Source of the DNA: Phoronis australis
Lineage: Eukaryota; Animalia; Phoronida
Direction of reading: 5' to 3'
Length of the DNA: 64,000 nucleotides
Assembly (NCBI GenBank): GCA_002633005.1
Contig: NMRA01000859.1
Span: 32,424-96,423, forward strand
The notes below the pieces were generated by a model that had not been told where the DNA came from, made no database searches, and saw nothing but the letters and a program-made list of their open reading frames with translations. Positions 26,601 to 38,600 of the stretch are shown here, piece by piece. The translations under genes and the position numbers were made by a program. Each line of letters begins with the position of its first letter. Within the stretch, counting starts at the first letter, position 1.

Positions 26601-29600
26601 GATTAATAGCTGTTTTCACCGTCACCGTCTTCATCTCGTTCATTATAGTTGCATGACAACCTTCATTCACTTTTTCCTGTGTCCTGTTTATAATTATTTG
26701 AAACATTTCCCATGATTCCTGTTCCAGCCTCTTGTGATGAAAATGGACAGTGGTGATGACATGTCTGTAATCTTCCTAGACACAGAGGGGTTTGCGGCCA
26801 CCAATGTTTCAGAGAACTATGACGCCAAGATCTTTGCTGTAGCCACTTTACTTAGCTCATACCTTATTTATAACTCAGTGAAAATCATCGACCAATCGGA
26901 TATCGACTATTTGGAGGCACTCGCTCGTCGCACTCAAGTAATTATTGCTTGTAAATTTGTATTTAGTAATAAATTGACTTGCACGAAGATGTAATTCTGT
27001 GGTATTGTATTCACAGGCGACACCATCTTGTATTGTGTCAGTAATTTTTTTAACATTAGGTAACACTTTACTTTGTTTTGTCCTTATTTTGTATAACAAT
27101 AGACGACAGTGTGCTGTGTTGTGTTGGTAATGTGTAAAACAATAGATGCACTGTCCTGTGTGATTTTTGACAGGCAAGCGCTCAAGCTAAAGAGTCCCAG
27201 ACATGCTTTTGTAGACATTAAAAAACTTACTAATTTTTTTTGCAAGTTTTGCATAAAAAATCATGTCATGGAAAATATGGAAATCTCCAAGAAAAAAATC
27301 ACAATTTTCGAGAAGAAACACAGTGAATGTTATTACAAACATCTGGTCATTGTTTTCAGGTGCATAATAAGATTCAGTGATCATCATGATAATGAATTTG
27401 GTCATTGGTAAAATTGACCCCAACTGAGCCTAGTTTAGGCTGTGTCAACTAATGTCTCTGATATTGTTTCACTAGTGTTTTCTTCATTTCAGCTGTTTGC
27501 CCTGAGGTCTCAGATGTCAAAGGCCAAGTGGACTCATGACTTTAACCATGATCTTTTGAGCTTTCCACCACTACTATGGGTAAGAGTTAACCATGGTTAA
27601 TGGATGTGTGAGATAAAGTCTGGGGCTTGTTTTACTACAATGTTGTAACTAACTGTTACAGAGGGTAAATGGAGCGCTAAATTTCTGTGGAGTCTCAATT
27701 TAGTCTTTTGAAAAAGCATCAAATGTTCAGAAAATTTTAGTGCAGTAGGCCCATTATCTGTTGAGTTTCCACAATTGTCTGTTGTAACTTGTTTGAATTT
27801 GTCTGAAAACAATTACCGTTTTTGGGGTTACACACTTAGTGAAAACCTCTGTGTAATATACCACATACAGTGACATCTATTGAGTAAAGTTAGCAGCCCA
27901 GCAAAAGTGAAGTTAAGAGGCCTAGCAGAATTAAGTGAAGTTACTAGTTCAGCAGAATGGCATCTTGTGTGTGAGTCACATCCATTGAACAAAGGATATG
28001 ACCAACTGAACGTGACGTGTGCTTAGTAATTACACTCATAACATGCAGGTCCTAGTGCTGAACTATTGAGTCACTGTTCTATTGGTTACAAGGGCCAGGA
28101 GAGCAGTCTGCTACTGTCAGTGGTGGCTGGTGCTGGAAAATGTGTTTCCAAAATAATCGCGTATAGTTAGTGAAAGTCACATTAAAAACAATTTTCTTTC
28201 CTCTTTAATAGCTTAACTCCTGTGTACTCCTTTGTTGGTATTTATAAACTTTATATTTATTTATAACTGTTGCTGTAACCACCTTTGCAATCTACGCTAG
28301 TGGTGTTACAACCTTTGATTCACTACCTTCTAGGTTGTTCAAGACTTTGTCCAGATGACAGAAAATGGGGAGAGTCCACAACAGTGGTTACATCGGCTTA
28401 TGACTACACATGCCAGAGAGAATGAAGACTACGAGATCAGTCTACTTGGTGCGGTGACAGTTTATCTATCAATAATTTAGACAAGTCTGAACACATAAGT
28501 ATGTTGGCATCTCTTTCACCTAGGTAATATTGTGCTCACTCTGCTCCACTAAAGTCACACACAAGAAGAACAGATCTCAAATACAAGAATATGTTGACAA
28601 GAGCTTATAATCTGCTAGGAGCCAGAATTCCAATACTGTCAATGATAGTCATGCAGACAGTGTCAACTATTTTGTTCATGTACAAGGAGTCATTCTTCTG
28701 ATACTATGATATCCAGTGTTAATGGTTTAATTACAACTTTACTCTGTACAGTGAGGAAACATAACATTATAATTGACTATTCCCAAACACCGGATCATAT
28801 CTTGTTCTTGGCTACACCACATAAGCTAGGTTAGTTTGAGTACCTGTTAAAAACACCCGGACTGGGTAACTTTCAATACCTGTTTGTAACACCTGTGCTT
28901 GGTTAGTGTTCATAAATCAACTATAGATGCAGCAGTGTGATATTATTGTTGTTATTCTGTGTGTAAACATGCCAAGTGCTAGATATTGTTCTATATTACA
29001 GGTATATTCAAGTCTGTTGAGTGTCAAACGCTGTTCCTGCCTGCAGTCAAGAAGTCGCTGTTGAGTGACTTGTCTCAGGCGACAGAGGCTGACCTGACAG
29101 AGGAGTACAGGCAGGAGAGAGATCAACTGATTGACATATTGAGGCGGAGCTTGAAACCAAAGGAGAAAAACGGTAGGATGATGTAACAGGCTTTGATAGT
29201 GTATTGAAGCTTGACGTATTTCGCTGACATAACCATGAAGGAAAATGTCGATTCATTTGTAAAAAAGGAACTTTTACATGGATGTTTTTATATATGTCAT
29301 TTCAATTTAAACTTTCCGGAAGCTGTGTGCTTGTCTGTCTGGCGTATCTTTTTTTAAATTTCTTCTTTCAGACCAGCCAATCACAGGACCTGAAATAGCC
29401 ACTCTCCTGGAAATATTGGTGAAAGCAGCCAATGAGGGCTCCCTCGCTGAGGTACCCGTAGTTATAGGTTGTTATGTCAGCTAGCAAAAGATCCACTGGT
29501 CGAGGTGCATTGAGGAGACTGGGGTTAGGTGTATGATCTCCCAGATGGTACCTCAAGTCGTGTGTTTACATCACATCCTTACAAAATCAGAATTAATAAG

Positions 29601-32600
29601 TTTTTGTTTGTTAAAGTTTCCGCTTTAGTTGTGCTATTTTCTGTCATATTTCAAGCCCAGCTCTAATATGTCTATTTAACAAACTAGCATTTTTATTCTT
29701 TTAACTAGATTATTAATTACCCATAATGCTGCTTTGCATTCGTATTCCTGTGTCTCTGTATTGAAAGATTCCAAGTCGATGGGACACTTTCATCGAGCGT
29801 CTTGAAGACGGTGCTACTGAAGACTGCCTGCTGTTTTATGAGGTCGAGATGAACACGTTGTTCAAAAAACACCAGGATCAGCCAGTGAATCCTTTAGAAC
29901 TGGAAGTAGGTTTGGCATGTGTGTATTACATAAAATTATGTAGGTTTGAAGTTTGTACATTAGACGTGTGTTCCTTTGACATGCGAATATTTGACATGCG
30001 TACGTTTTACATGCTATTTACATGCCTACATTTTACAATTTGTATGTTGTTTGACGTGCAAATATTTGACATGTGAACGTTTGACATGCATACATTTGAC
30101 ATGCGTATATTTGACGTGTACAATTTTGTAGTGTGTATGTTTGATATGAATGTGTTTGACATGCGCACAATTGACATGCAGATGTTTGATGTGGGTTCGT
30201 GCTTGTGTTCGTTTGACATATGTTTGGTGGCATGTGTTCACTTGACAGTGTGAATGCATGAATTTTTGACATTTGTGCTTTTGACACTGTACATTAGGCG
30301 TGCGTAGCATGATTTGATGAATTTTCTTGTAATAGTCATTATTTCTTAGAGTAGATATTTATATATTTTGCGCACTATATTCAATTTCATGACTTTAGGA
30401 TTATCTGCATTATCAATATGATGGTTGGCATGTAAGCAGGCGTAGATCCAGCATCTTGACAAGACCAGACATACGAGCCCCTTAAAGGGATACCAAACCC
30501 AGTTTTAGCCTATTAACAGGTATTAAAAACATTTTCCCATCCAGTTCTCTGCAACAAAATAATGCTCTGTAACTTTCGACAATCCCAAAAAGTATGGAAG
30601 AAATTGTGAAGACTCCCTTCAAAGTCTGCTAAACGGGCAAGCGCTACCTACTATGCTTTTATCGAATTACACGGCGGCTGTGGAGAACGACCACCAATGA
30701 CCCACCAATATACTGCCCGATCTGTGACATAGAGGGAGTTGATTCCAGCCCTTAAGTTGGAAGATTGACACCTATGATGCATTTTATTTAGCAGTTGACG
30801 TAACGAGGATTGGTTGAAATCATCAAAACAGGGTTTAGTGTCTTTTTAAGACTGCTCTGTTACTGGAGTGCAGACTGTAGCGTGTAGTCCGGCATGTAAC
30901 TCTGTGTAACAATCTAAGTCTAGATTTGGTAAAATGTTTGGTTTTCCCAACAAAACATCCACTGACCACTTTTAAAATGGTCTCATGTTTTTTCATAATC
31001 TATCGAGATTTTTGTTTTCATTATGTCGAAAACAAATAATTGGTATGTACATGTAGCATTTTTCTTTTTGGAATAGACATTGTCTCTTTTTGAGTGTGAA
31101 TTTAGAAAGAACACTCGTAAAATTTTGCTGTCTTTTTGATGTACTTATAGGTTTAGCACATTATGATTGATGAGTGTGTAATCTTGGGATTCTAATTCTC
31201 TGTTGATCAGGTTTCAGAGTGTTGCGGTACTTTGTTTGGTGTGCCTTATAAGCAAGCGACTCAACTTTCAATTTTCACGGAAAACACTTTTTGATGTAAC
31301 TTTTTTACTTACATTCATTTGGTACTTTTTAAAAGCACAACTGGTTGAATGAATAAATTTTCATCCCAATGGTTGTCTCCCCTGTTTATGTTGCAGCAGT
31401 GGCACCAGATGTCCTTTAACCAGTCACTGACTCTGCTTCAGCAGCTTCTGTTTGGGTAGTATAGTTCTGACATCTGTTAACAATTTTGTTTACTAACATC
31501 TCTTACCGTAGTGTTGTCATGTGTCTTCTGTTTTGAAAATTTAACAAAGAACTTCGTGCAAATTGCATTTTGCTGTATCTTTGTCAGAGCTTAAAGCTAG
31601 GATTTGAGGCTGGGGATTTGGGGGGCCTTTTTCGGAAATGTTCATTTAGTAGAAGTGATTTTGCGAGCACAAAAAATCTCACAGAGTGCTCTTAATCAGA
31701 AAAAGTGGTGGGGCTTTTTTGGAAACTTAATATAGCTTTGTGCTTTGCAAGTGCTAAGAGAGTGTCTCGGCATGAAATTTGAAAATTCTGATGGTAATTT
31801 GTTATTACATAGTTCTTAATTTTTGCTGACTAGATGATAGAATAAAAACTACTGTTTTGAAACATTGGTCATGTACTTGAAATGGCACCCCAATTTCACG
31901 TTTTTCAAGGGTTCAAACGGGACACTCTGGTGACGCCTCAGATCAACTATTTTAACAGTCTTTTAAGGACCCAGATAATGACATCATTGTTTATTTTTCA
32001 ATGACATTTGTTTCATGCCAGGCATGCAAAACAACACCAAAAACCCCATGGGGGCTTTTTTGATCCTTTTTCCAAAAGAACCCCCATGGGGGCTGTTTAA
32101 TGGTGGCAGCTCTTTCGGAAATCCCAGATCCCAGGTAACCATGCATGAACATCTTTCACTATGTCTTGGAATGCGAATGTGAATTGAGTGTGTTTGTTTT
32201 TTTTTTCTTGTAACTTTCCGTAAAAAAGGCATTGCTGCATTCTGTACATCAAATTTTTAATTTCAAGATCCGTCTTTCCCATCACAAGGTCCATCCTTCC
32301 CATCACAAGGTTCGTCCTTACCATCATAAGCTTCGTCCTTCCCATCACAAGGTCCGTCCTTCCCATCATAAGGTCCGTCCTTCCCATCTTAAGGTCCATC
32401 TTTCCCATCACAAGGTTTATCCTTCCTAGCACAAGATCCATCCTTCCTATCACAGGGTCCATCCTTCCCATCGCAAGGTCTGCCCTTCCCATCACAAGGT
32501 CCGTCCTTCCCATCACAAGGTCCGTCCTTCCCATCACGAGGTCCATCCTTCCCATCACAAGGTCCATCCTTCCCATCACAAGGTCCATCCTTCCCATCAT

Positions 32601-35600
32601 AAGGTCCGTCCTTCCCATCTGAAGGTCCATCTTTCCCATCACAAGATTTATCCTTCCTATCACAAGGTCTGTCCTTCCATCACAAGGTACATCCTTCCCA
32701 TCACCATGTCTGCCCTTTCTGTAACAAGGTCCAGATTCTCCATGAGCAGTCTGAGTTTTATATTCATTTGGATGATACATTAATTACTTTCTTAGTACAG
32801 CCATCACATTAACCTATCACTCTGAGTGTTCTCTGCTGACTGTCCTGTTGTATTCTTCATATCACCCAGTATTGCATTTTTTGTTCTGTTTTAAGTAGTA
32901 AAGCTACTATGTGCTGACTTTCTAACTTAGATTGAACCTGAGGTCTTCACTGATACCAAACACTGACTGCTGAGTTCCACTTACAGCTTGAAAGACACTG
33001 TGAAGGAAGCCTCCAAACTACTGCGTAAGGGCATCATGGAAAAGTACACACGCACCAGGGAACTGAATGTGAAGAAGATAAAATTGAAGTGTTCAGAGAT
33101 GCAGCACCAGCTGGAGGTGTGTCATCGCTGCATATCCTGTGATCATGTGTTAGTTGTTCATACATGAGTTGTGTCATCACAGCGTGTCATGTCATCACTG
33201 CGTGTCATGTCATCACATGTTAGTTGTTTGTGTATGAGATGTGCCATCACTGCATGTCATGTGGTCATGCGGTAGTTGTTCATGCATACATGTAAGTTGT
33301 GTTGGCTGCATGTCATGTGATCGCGTGTTAGTTGTTTGTATATGAGGTGTGCCATCACCGCATGTCCTTTGATCATGTGTTAGTTGTTCATACATACAGG
33401 TTTGTCATCACTACACATCACACGGTCATGTGATAGTTGTTGGAAGTGTGTGGTCACTACATGTCATGATGAGGTCACCTGTTGGGTGTTCACCGAGTGT
33501 TGACAGCCAGTTGTTTAACGGTCAAACTTGAACCTGAAGTGGCTAAAGCTAATATTCTTAATAGAAGGAAATTGAAGTTTATTGAAAGGACTCTAGATAC
33601 TTAGTACAACTCAACTGAGACAGCATAGTTTACTGGATGGAGATATTGAGGTTTTTGTAAAGTCATTTTTGCTAGCAGTCAGTTGTCCACCTTAGTCAGT
33701 TTATGTTAATGTTTTATTTCAATTTTGATATTTCATTCAGTTGAGTGCCGAGGAACACCTGTTGTCAGTGAACTTGCCAGTGGCCAGCTCAGAGTTGAAG
33801 CAGATCATCGCGGCATTCATATCATCGGCTAATGAGAAGTATGCAAGCCAGGTCAGGGGGTTATTGAACATCACAGAATATGAAGTGTATAGCAGTAGAT
33901 TGCAGGTGAGTGGATGGAGAGAGGAACAGATGATCACAGCATTGGTGTCACGAGCCAATGAACAACATATGCAGGCCTCATTGAGGATGTATGAAGTGTA
34001 GAGTACTAGAATGTAAGTGTAGAACACTATGGTGGTTAGTGGAGAGTGTTTAGATGTTCTCTGTCATGTTTCTGAAAGCAGAAAATGGAGAAGACTAAAC
34101 TGGGGTGGTTTTGAAATGGTCACAAAGGTGTGTCACTATAATGTTCTTGTGGTTGTTTGAATAATGATACAGTGCCTTGACAATACATTCCGTTATTTTG
34201 AAAAGTTACAATGGTATGCATCAGGAGACATGTAACTAGTGAAAACTTTGATGATGTGACTGATAGATTGGTAGGGTTGTCGTTCCTGCTAGGCACGTGT
34301 CCACTAGCCTTAGATTAGCTGACTGTTGGAAATATATCTGATGGTGATAACAGAATGTTTCCCCTATCTCATTGAGCAATCATTGTTCTTGCAGAGCAGC
34401 ATCACAAATATTGGAGAGACATTCCTACTGAAGAATAAACAATCTCTAGAGAAGATGCTGGATGAAGCTGTCACCGAGGCTGTAGGTAGGCTGATAACTG
34501 TTATACAGACTGTTGATTGGCTGACCTCTTCATACAAATTGTTGGTAGGCTGGCCCCTGTCATACACACTGTCAGTAGACTAACCTATGCATGAACGCAT
34601 AATCATCAAGATGATAGCAGATCACCTATTTTCAAATGCATCAAACTGTTGCTGTGCCTTCTGCACTTCGTAGTGTCATGTGGCCATATGTTTTCAAATT
34701 GGGCTTTTCAAGGATTGTGTGAATGAAGAACCTTAACTTTCTGGATGATATCTAAAGTACCAATGACAAATTTCACTGAAAGTTGCCACAGATGTAAAAT
34801 AATGAGATTGTGCCAGCATCATAAGATTTTGTGGCAAATCCGATAACTGCAGTGCCTCCTAGTGGCCATTTTTGTTTCAATTAAAATTGAGACAGAAGTA
34901 TGTGATGGCAATGGGGCATCTCCATTAAGTTTTCGAGCGTATTTGACCACTGCAGCACCTCTCAGTGGCTATTTAGTTTTGGAAATGAGGCTTTTTAAGT
35001 GTTTTTGGGGAAGAGCATTTCAGTCTGGATTATGTCTAGTGAACTGATTGATGGATTTCAATGAAACTTGACTCACAGTCGTGGTGACAACGTGCCAACC
35101 CCATTTGATTTTTGGGCTGATTCCGGTACTGCAGCGCCTCCTTGTGGCCCTTAGAAACATGTCGTAATGAGATGCACCATGGCTGTATGTCAGTGCTCTA
35201 GCATTCCTCATAGAATGGAACTCTCTGCAAAGTTTCAGAGCTATACTCCACAGAAGGGGTTTCAGTTTACTTGTATGGGCTGCTGCCTTTAGGGGAAATG
35301 TTTGAAATAAAGGACACCTCTAAAATCTATGACTGTTGGTCATGCACACGGTGGGTCATCACGTCAACACTCTGGGTATGATGCACACAGTGAGTGCATG
35401 TTGACACTCAGTGCTGTATGTGATGTACATCATGACTGTAGTGTGGCTGGAAATGATGTTTTGCAGGCCTTATACTCACCAAAGTGAAAACACACGGTGT
35501 GCGCCCTCTGACGCCAGTTTCTCTGGAGCATGAACTGAAATCAATCTGGGAGGAAGCAAGTCTGTTGTTCACGTCCCATACAGCCATGGCTCAGAGTGAA

Positions 35601-38600
35601 GCTATTACAGATGTCTACAGAGGAATGTTAAAGGTGAGCTTACAGCTCAGATCTAGCTTGAGTTAATTGTATACCGCTTATGGTTTTTAGCAAAGTTTGT
35701 TAAAATTTTCTTGCTTTATCGTACTTACGACAAACACTGAGAAGTAAGACAAGCAGAACACGACATTCAGTTAGTGGGGAGTTAGTCCTAATGGCCATTT
35801 TGTTCTCAACTTGGAGCTTTTTAAGTGATGTTTGGGGGAAGAGCATTTCTGGGCGATATCTTTGGAGAACAGACTGACGAATTTCAATGAAATCCGATTC
35901 AGATCGAGTACTGACAATGTGCCAGCATCATTTGATTTTCTGGGGGATTGCGACACCTCCTATTGCTCCCTAGAAACATATCATTTGCGCGCACAATGCA
36001 TGTCAATGCCCCAGCGTTGCTCTTGTTTTAAACTTTGTAGGCACTGGTTGAACTGATATGTAGACATGCCTTGAACAGTCCAATTCTGTTGTTATGTTGG
36101 TTCACTTTGAAGAGCATGTAGTTGCGGCATTTGTTGCAATGTAAAAATACCTCGAACAGGTCATTTGTTGTTTGGAACCACACCTTGAAATTTTGAATAT
36201 TTCTTGATATACTGAGATACAGTGACTGAAGTGATCATTTTTTAATTTTGTTTGTTGACGTTTTGTAGACACCTTGAAATGATCATTGTTTTGTTGTTAT
36301 TTTAGACAAACGTTGAGATTTTCAAATGACACACTTTGAAGCGATCAATTTGTTGTTAATATATATTTAGACACACATTGAACTGTTCATTTCATATGTT
36401 ACATGGGCCCATTTATTTGTTGTAGTTGCAGTTTGACTCTATCATTTGTTGTTACTTAGGCACGCTTTGAACTGTTCACTTTTTATTAATCAGGCACAAT
36501 TTGCTGATGAATCTCAGAAAGCTACTGCGGAGAATGAAAGGAACTTGCAGCAGGCCGTTGTACAAAAGGTATTGACTGGAACTAAGGGGATGGTGCTTTA
36601 GTTATCAAGAACGCGAGGCATTTTGGAATTAGAATAAATGTTCACAGAGTGAACCTCTTATCTACATGTATGACAGATCATTGATTGGCCGAGTGTAGTT
36701 CTGGCTGGGGGTCAGGTTTGTACCGGATCTACTGATTGGTCAGAGTATTATTATGACTGGAGGTCATGAAAATATTCTAATTTGTTGACATCTGAACGTC
36801 TGCCATTATCTTCAAAGAAACCATTCAGCTGTAGGCTATTACATGGCTGTGGTCGCTGTAGGCTGCACTGGATGTATTATATTATTCTGGCTTGGCTGAC
36901 TTGTGTATCTACCAGCATTCTGCTTCTCATTAATTCTGCTGGGTAATTATGCAACTTAACGGGCCAATTATGAACAAGGTTCGTCAACCAGCAGGCAGTA
37001 GTTGAAAATTGTGGAAAGCCAACTGTCAATCCTTAGTAACCATTCTTGGCGTGTCAAATTTATGCCTGATCTACTGATTGGGCAGAGTATGGGTCTGGCT
37101 GGAGGTTGATTCTACCGTGGTCCTTGTGATGAGGAGACTGGCTGGAGGTCATATCTATGCCTGATGCACTGATTGGCTAGAGTATGAATCTGGCTGGAGG
37201 TCATAGTTATGTCGGATCCAGTCTGATTGGCCAAATTATTGATCTGGCCACAGGATGTTTGTCAGTCTTATGAAGTATATACCCGTTTGAGTGTATGCCT
37301 TTCCTGGAATTTTCACTCATGATTGAGCCATGCTTTCTTATAGGCCCAGCCCTAATTTGTAGTCATTAGGTTCAGTGTGTCAAGGGCACAAGCTGACTTT
37401 TTTCAACTTGAGAAATATCAATCTAATCCGAGAGTCACACAGTTACTTTCATGCTAAGTTGCAAGATATATTTCATGGACGTGTCTTTCTATAATGATGT
37501 AAATTTGTAATAAGTACTATATGATTGAACCACATTCTATGATAAACTACTAATTTATATGTGCGATGCATGCAGTGGATATATTAGTGCTCCGTGTTGT
37601 TCTTGTTCTGAGATTTTAGGGTCTACCTCTCTATCGGCCAATTGGATCATTATGAAAATTGGCATGTTTTTTCTGGGAAACAATTTTATTAGGACAAAAT
37701 ATGCTCATTATGACACCCTCTATTGGCACTTTTCTTTTCTTGCCTGTACTAAGTATCTTGATGGTCTTTCGTGAAATTTTTGTTTTTATGTGAATGGTAC
37801 AATTAATGTGGATTTCGAGTTGAATCTGACTATTGTAGAGTCCTCTAGTGACAATTTTGTTTTTCTTTGCTTTTGTGGTAGTATTTCATTTGAAGACGGT
37901 GCCACAAGACCCCTTGTGAGCTTTTTATTATATTTGTGTTACTCGCTTTCCCATCGTTTCAACTGTGAAGAATCATGATGAAAGGCGATGGTTGTATTAC
38001 TGAGAAGAGCTACCCCTAGTGGTTATTTTGAGTTTACTTGGAATTGGTCCCTTTAGTGGGATTTTTTTTAGCTGTTTCCAAATGAAGTGCCAGTCACTTG
38101 CATAAGACATTGATTTAGTTTTGCACTACACTGACTTTGACTATGTTTTACAGACAACGGAACTGATTGACATGTTCCGTTCATACACCGAGCCAGCGAA
38201 ATTATCGCTACCCATGAATGAAACAGATCTGGATTACATGTGAGTACCAGTGTATCAAATGACTGTGTACTATAAAGTTGTAACAACTTTATAGTACACA
38301 ATCTATCATGATCTCTTTCAGTGAATGCCACCTGTTATCAATTATGCGTACTATTCTCTTTACTTGTGTTTGTTGAAACTATAGGTTTGTTTGATGGTAG
38401 ATGACTGTACAATCACATATTCATTTCAATGATTGATAAAACAAATCATTTGACTTAAAATAAATTGGCACATAGTATTAGCAAAAAGTTCAATTAAAGT
38501 GAAGTTCATTGGCTTTGTTGAAACTGCATGTGGCAAACGTTTTTTAAATCAATAAAATAAAGAAGAGTACATTTAAATTTTGCAATCTTTTTTTGCTCTT

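Noticed and set aside
32097-32780. 227-aa ORF of MGRTDLV repeats
   Set aside because: Produced by a 21-bp stop-free minisatellite lying antisense in a GBP intron; no splice or homology support.
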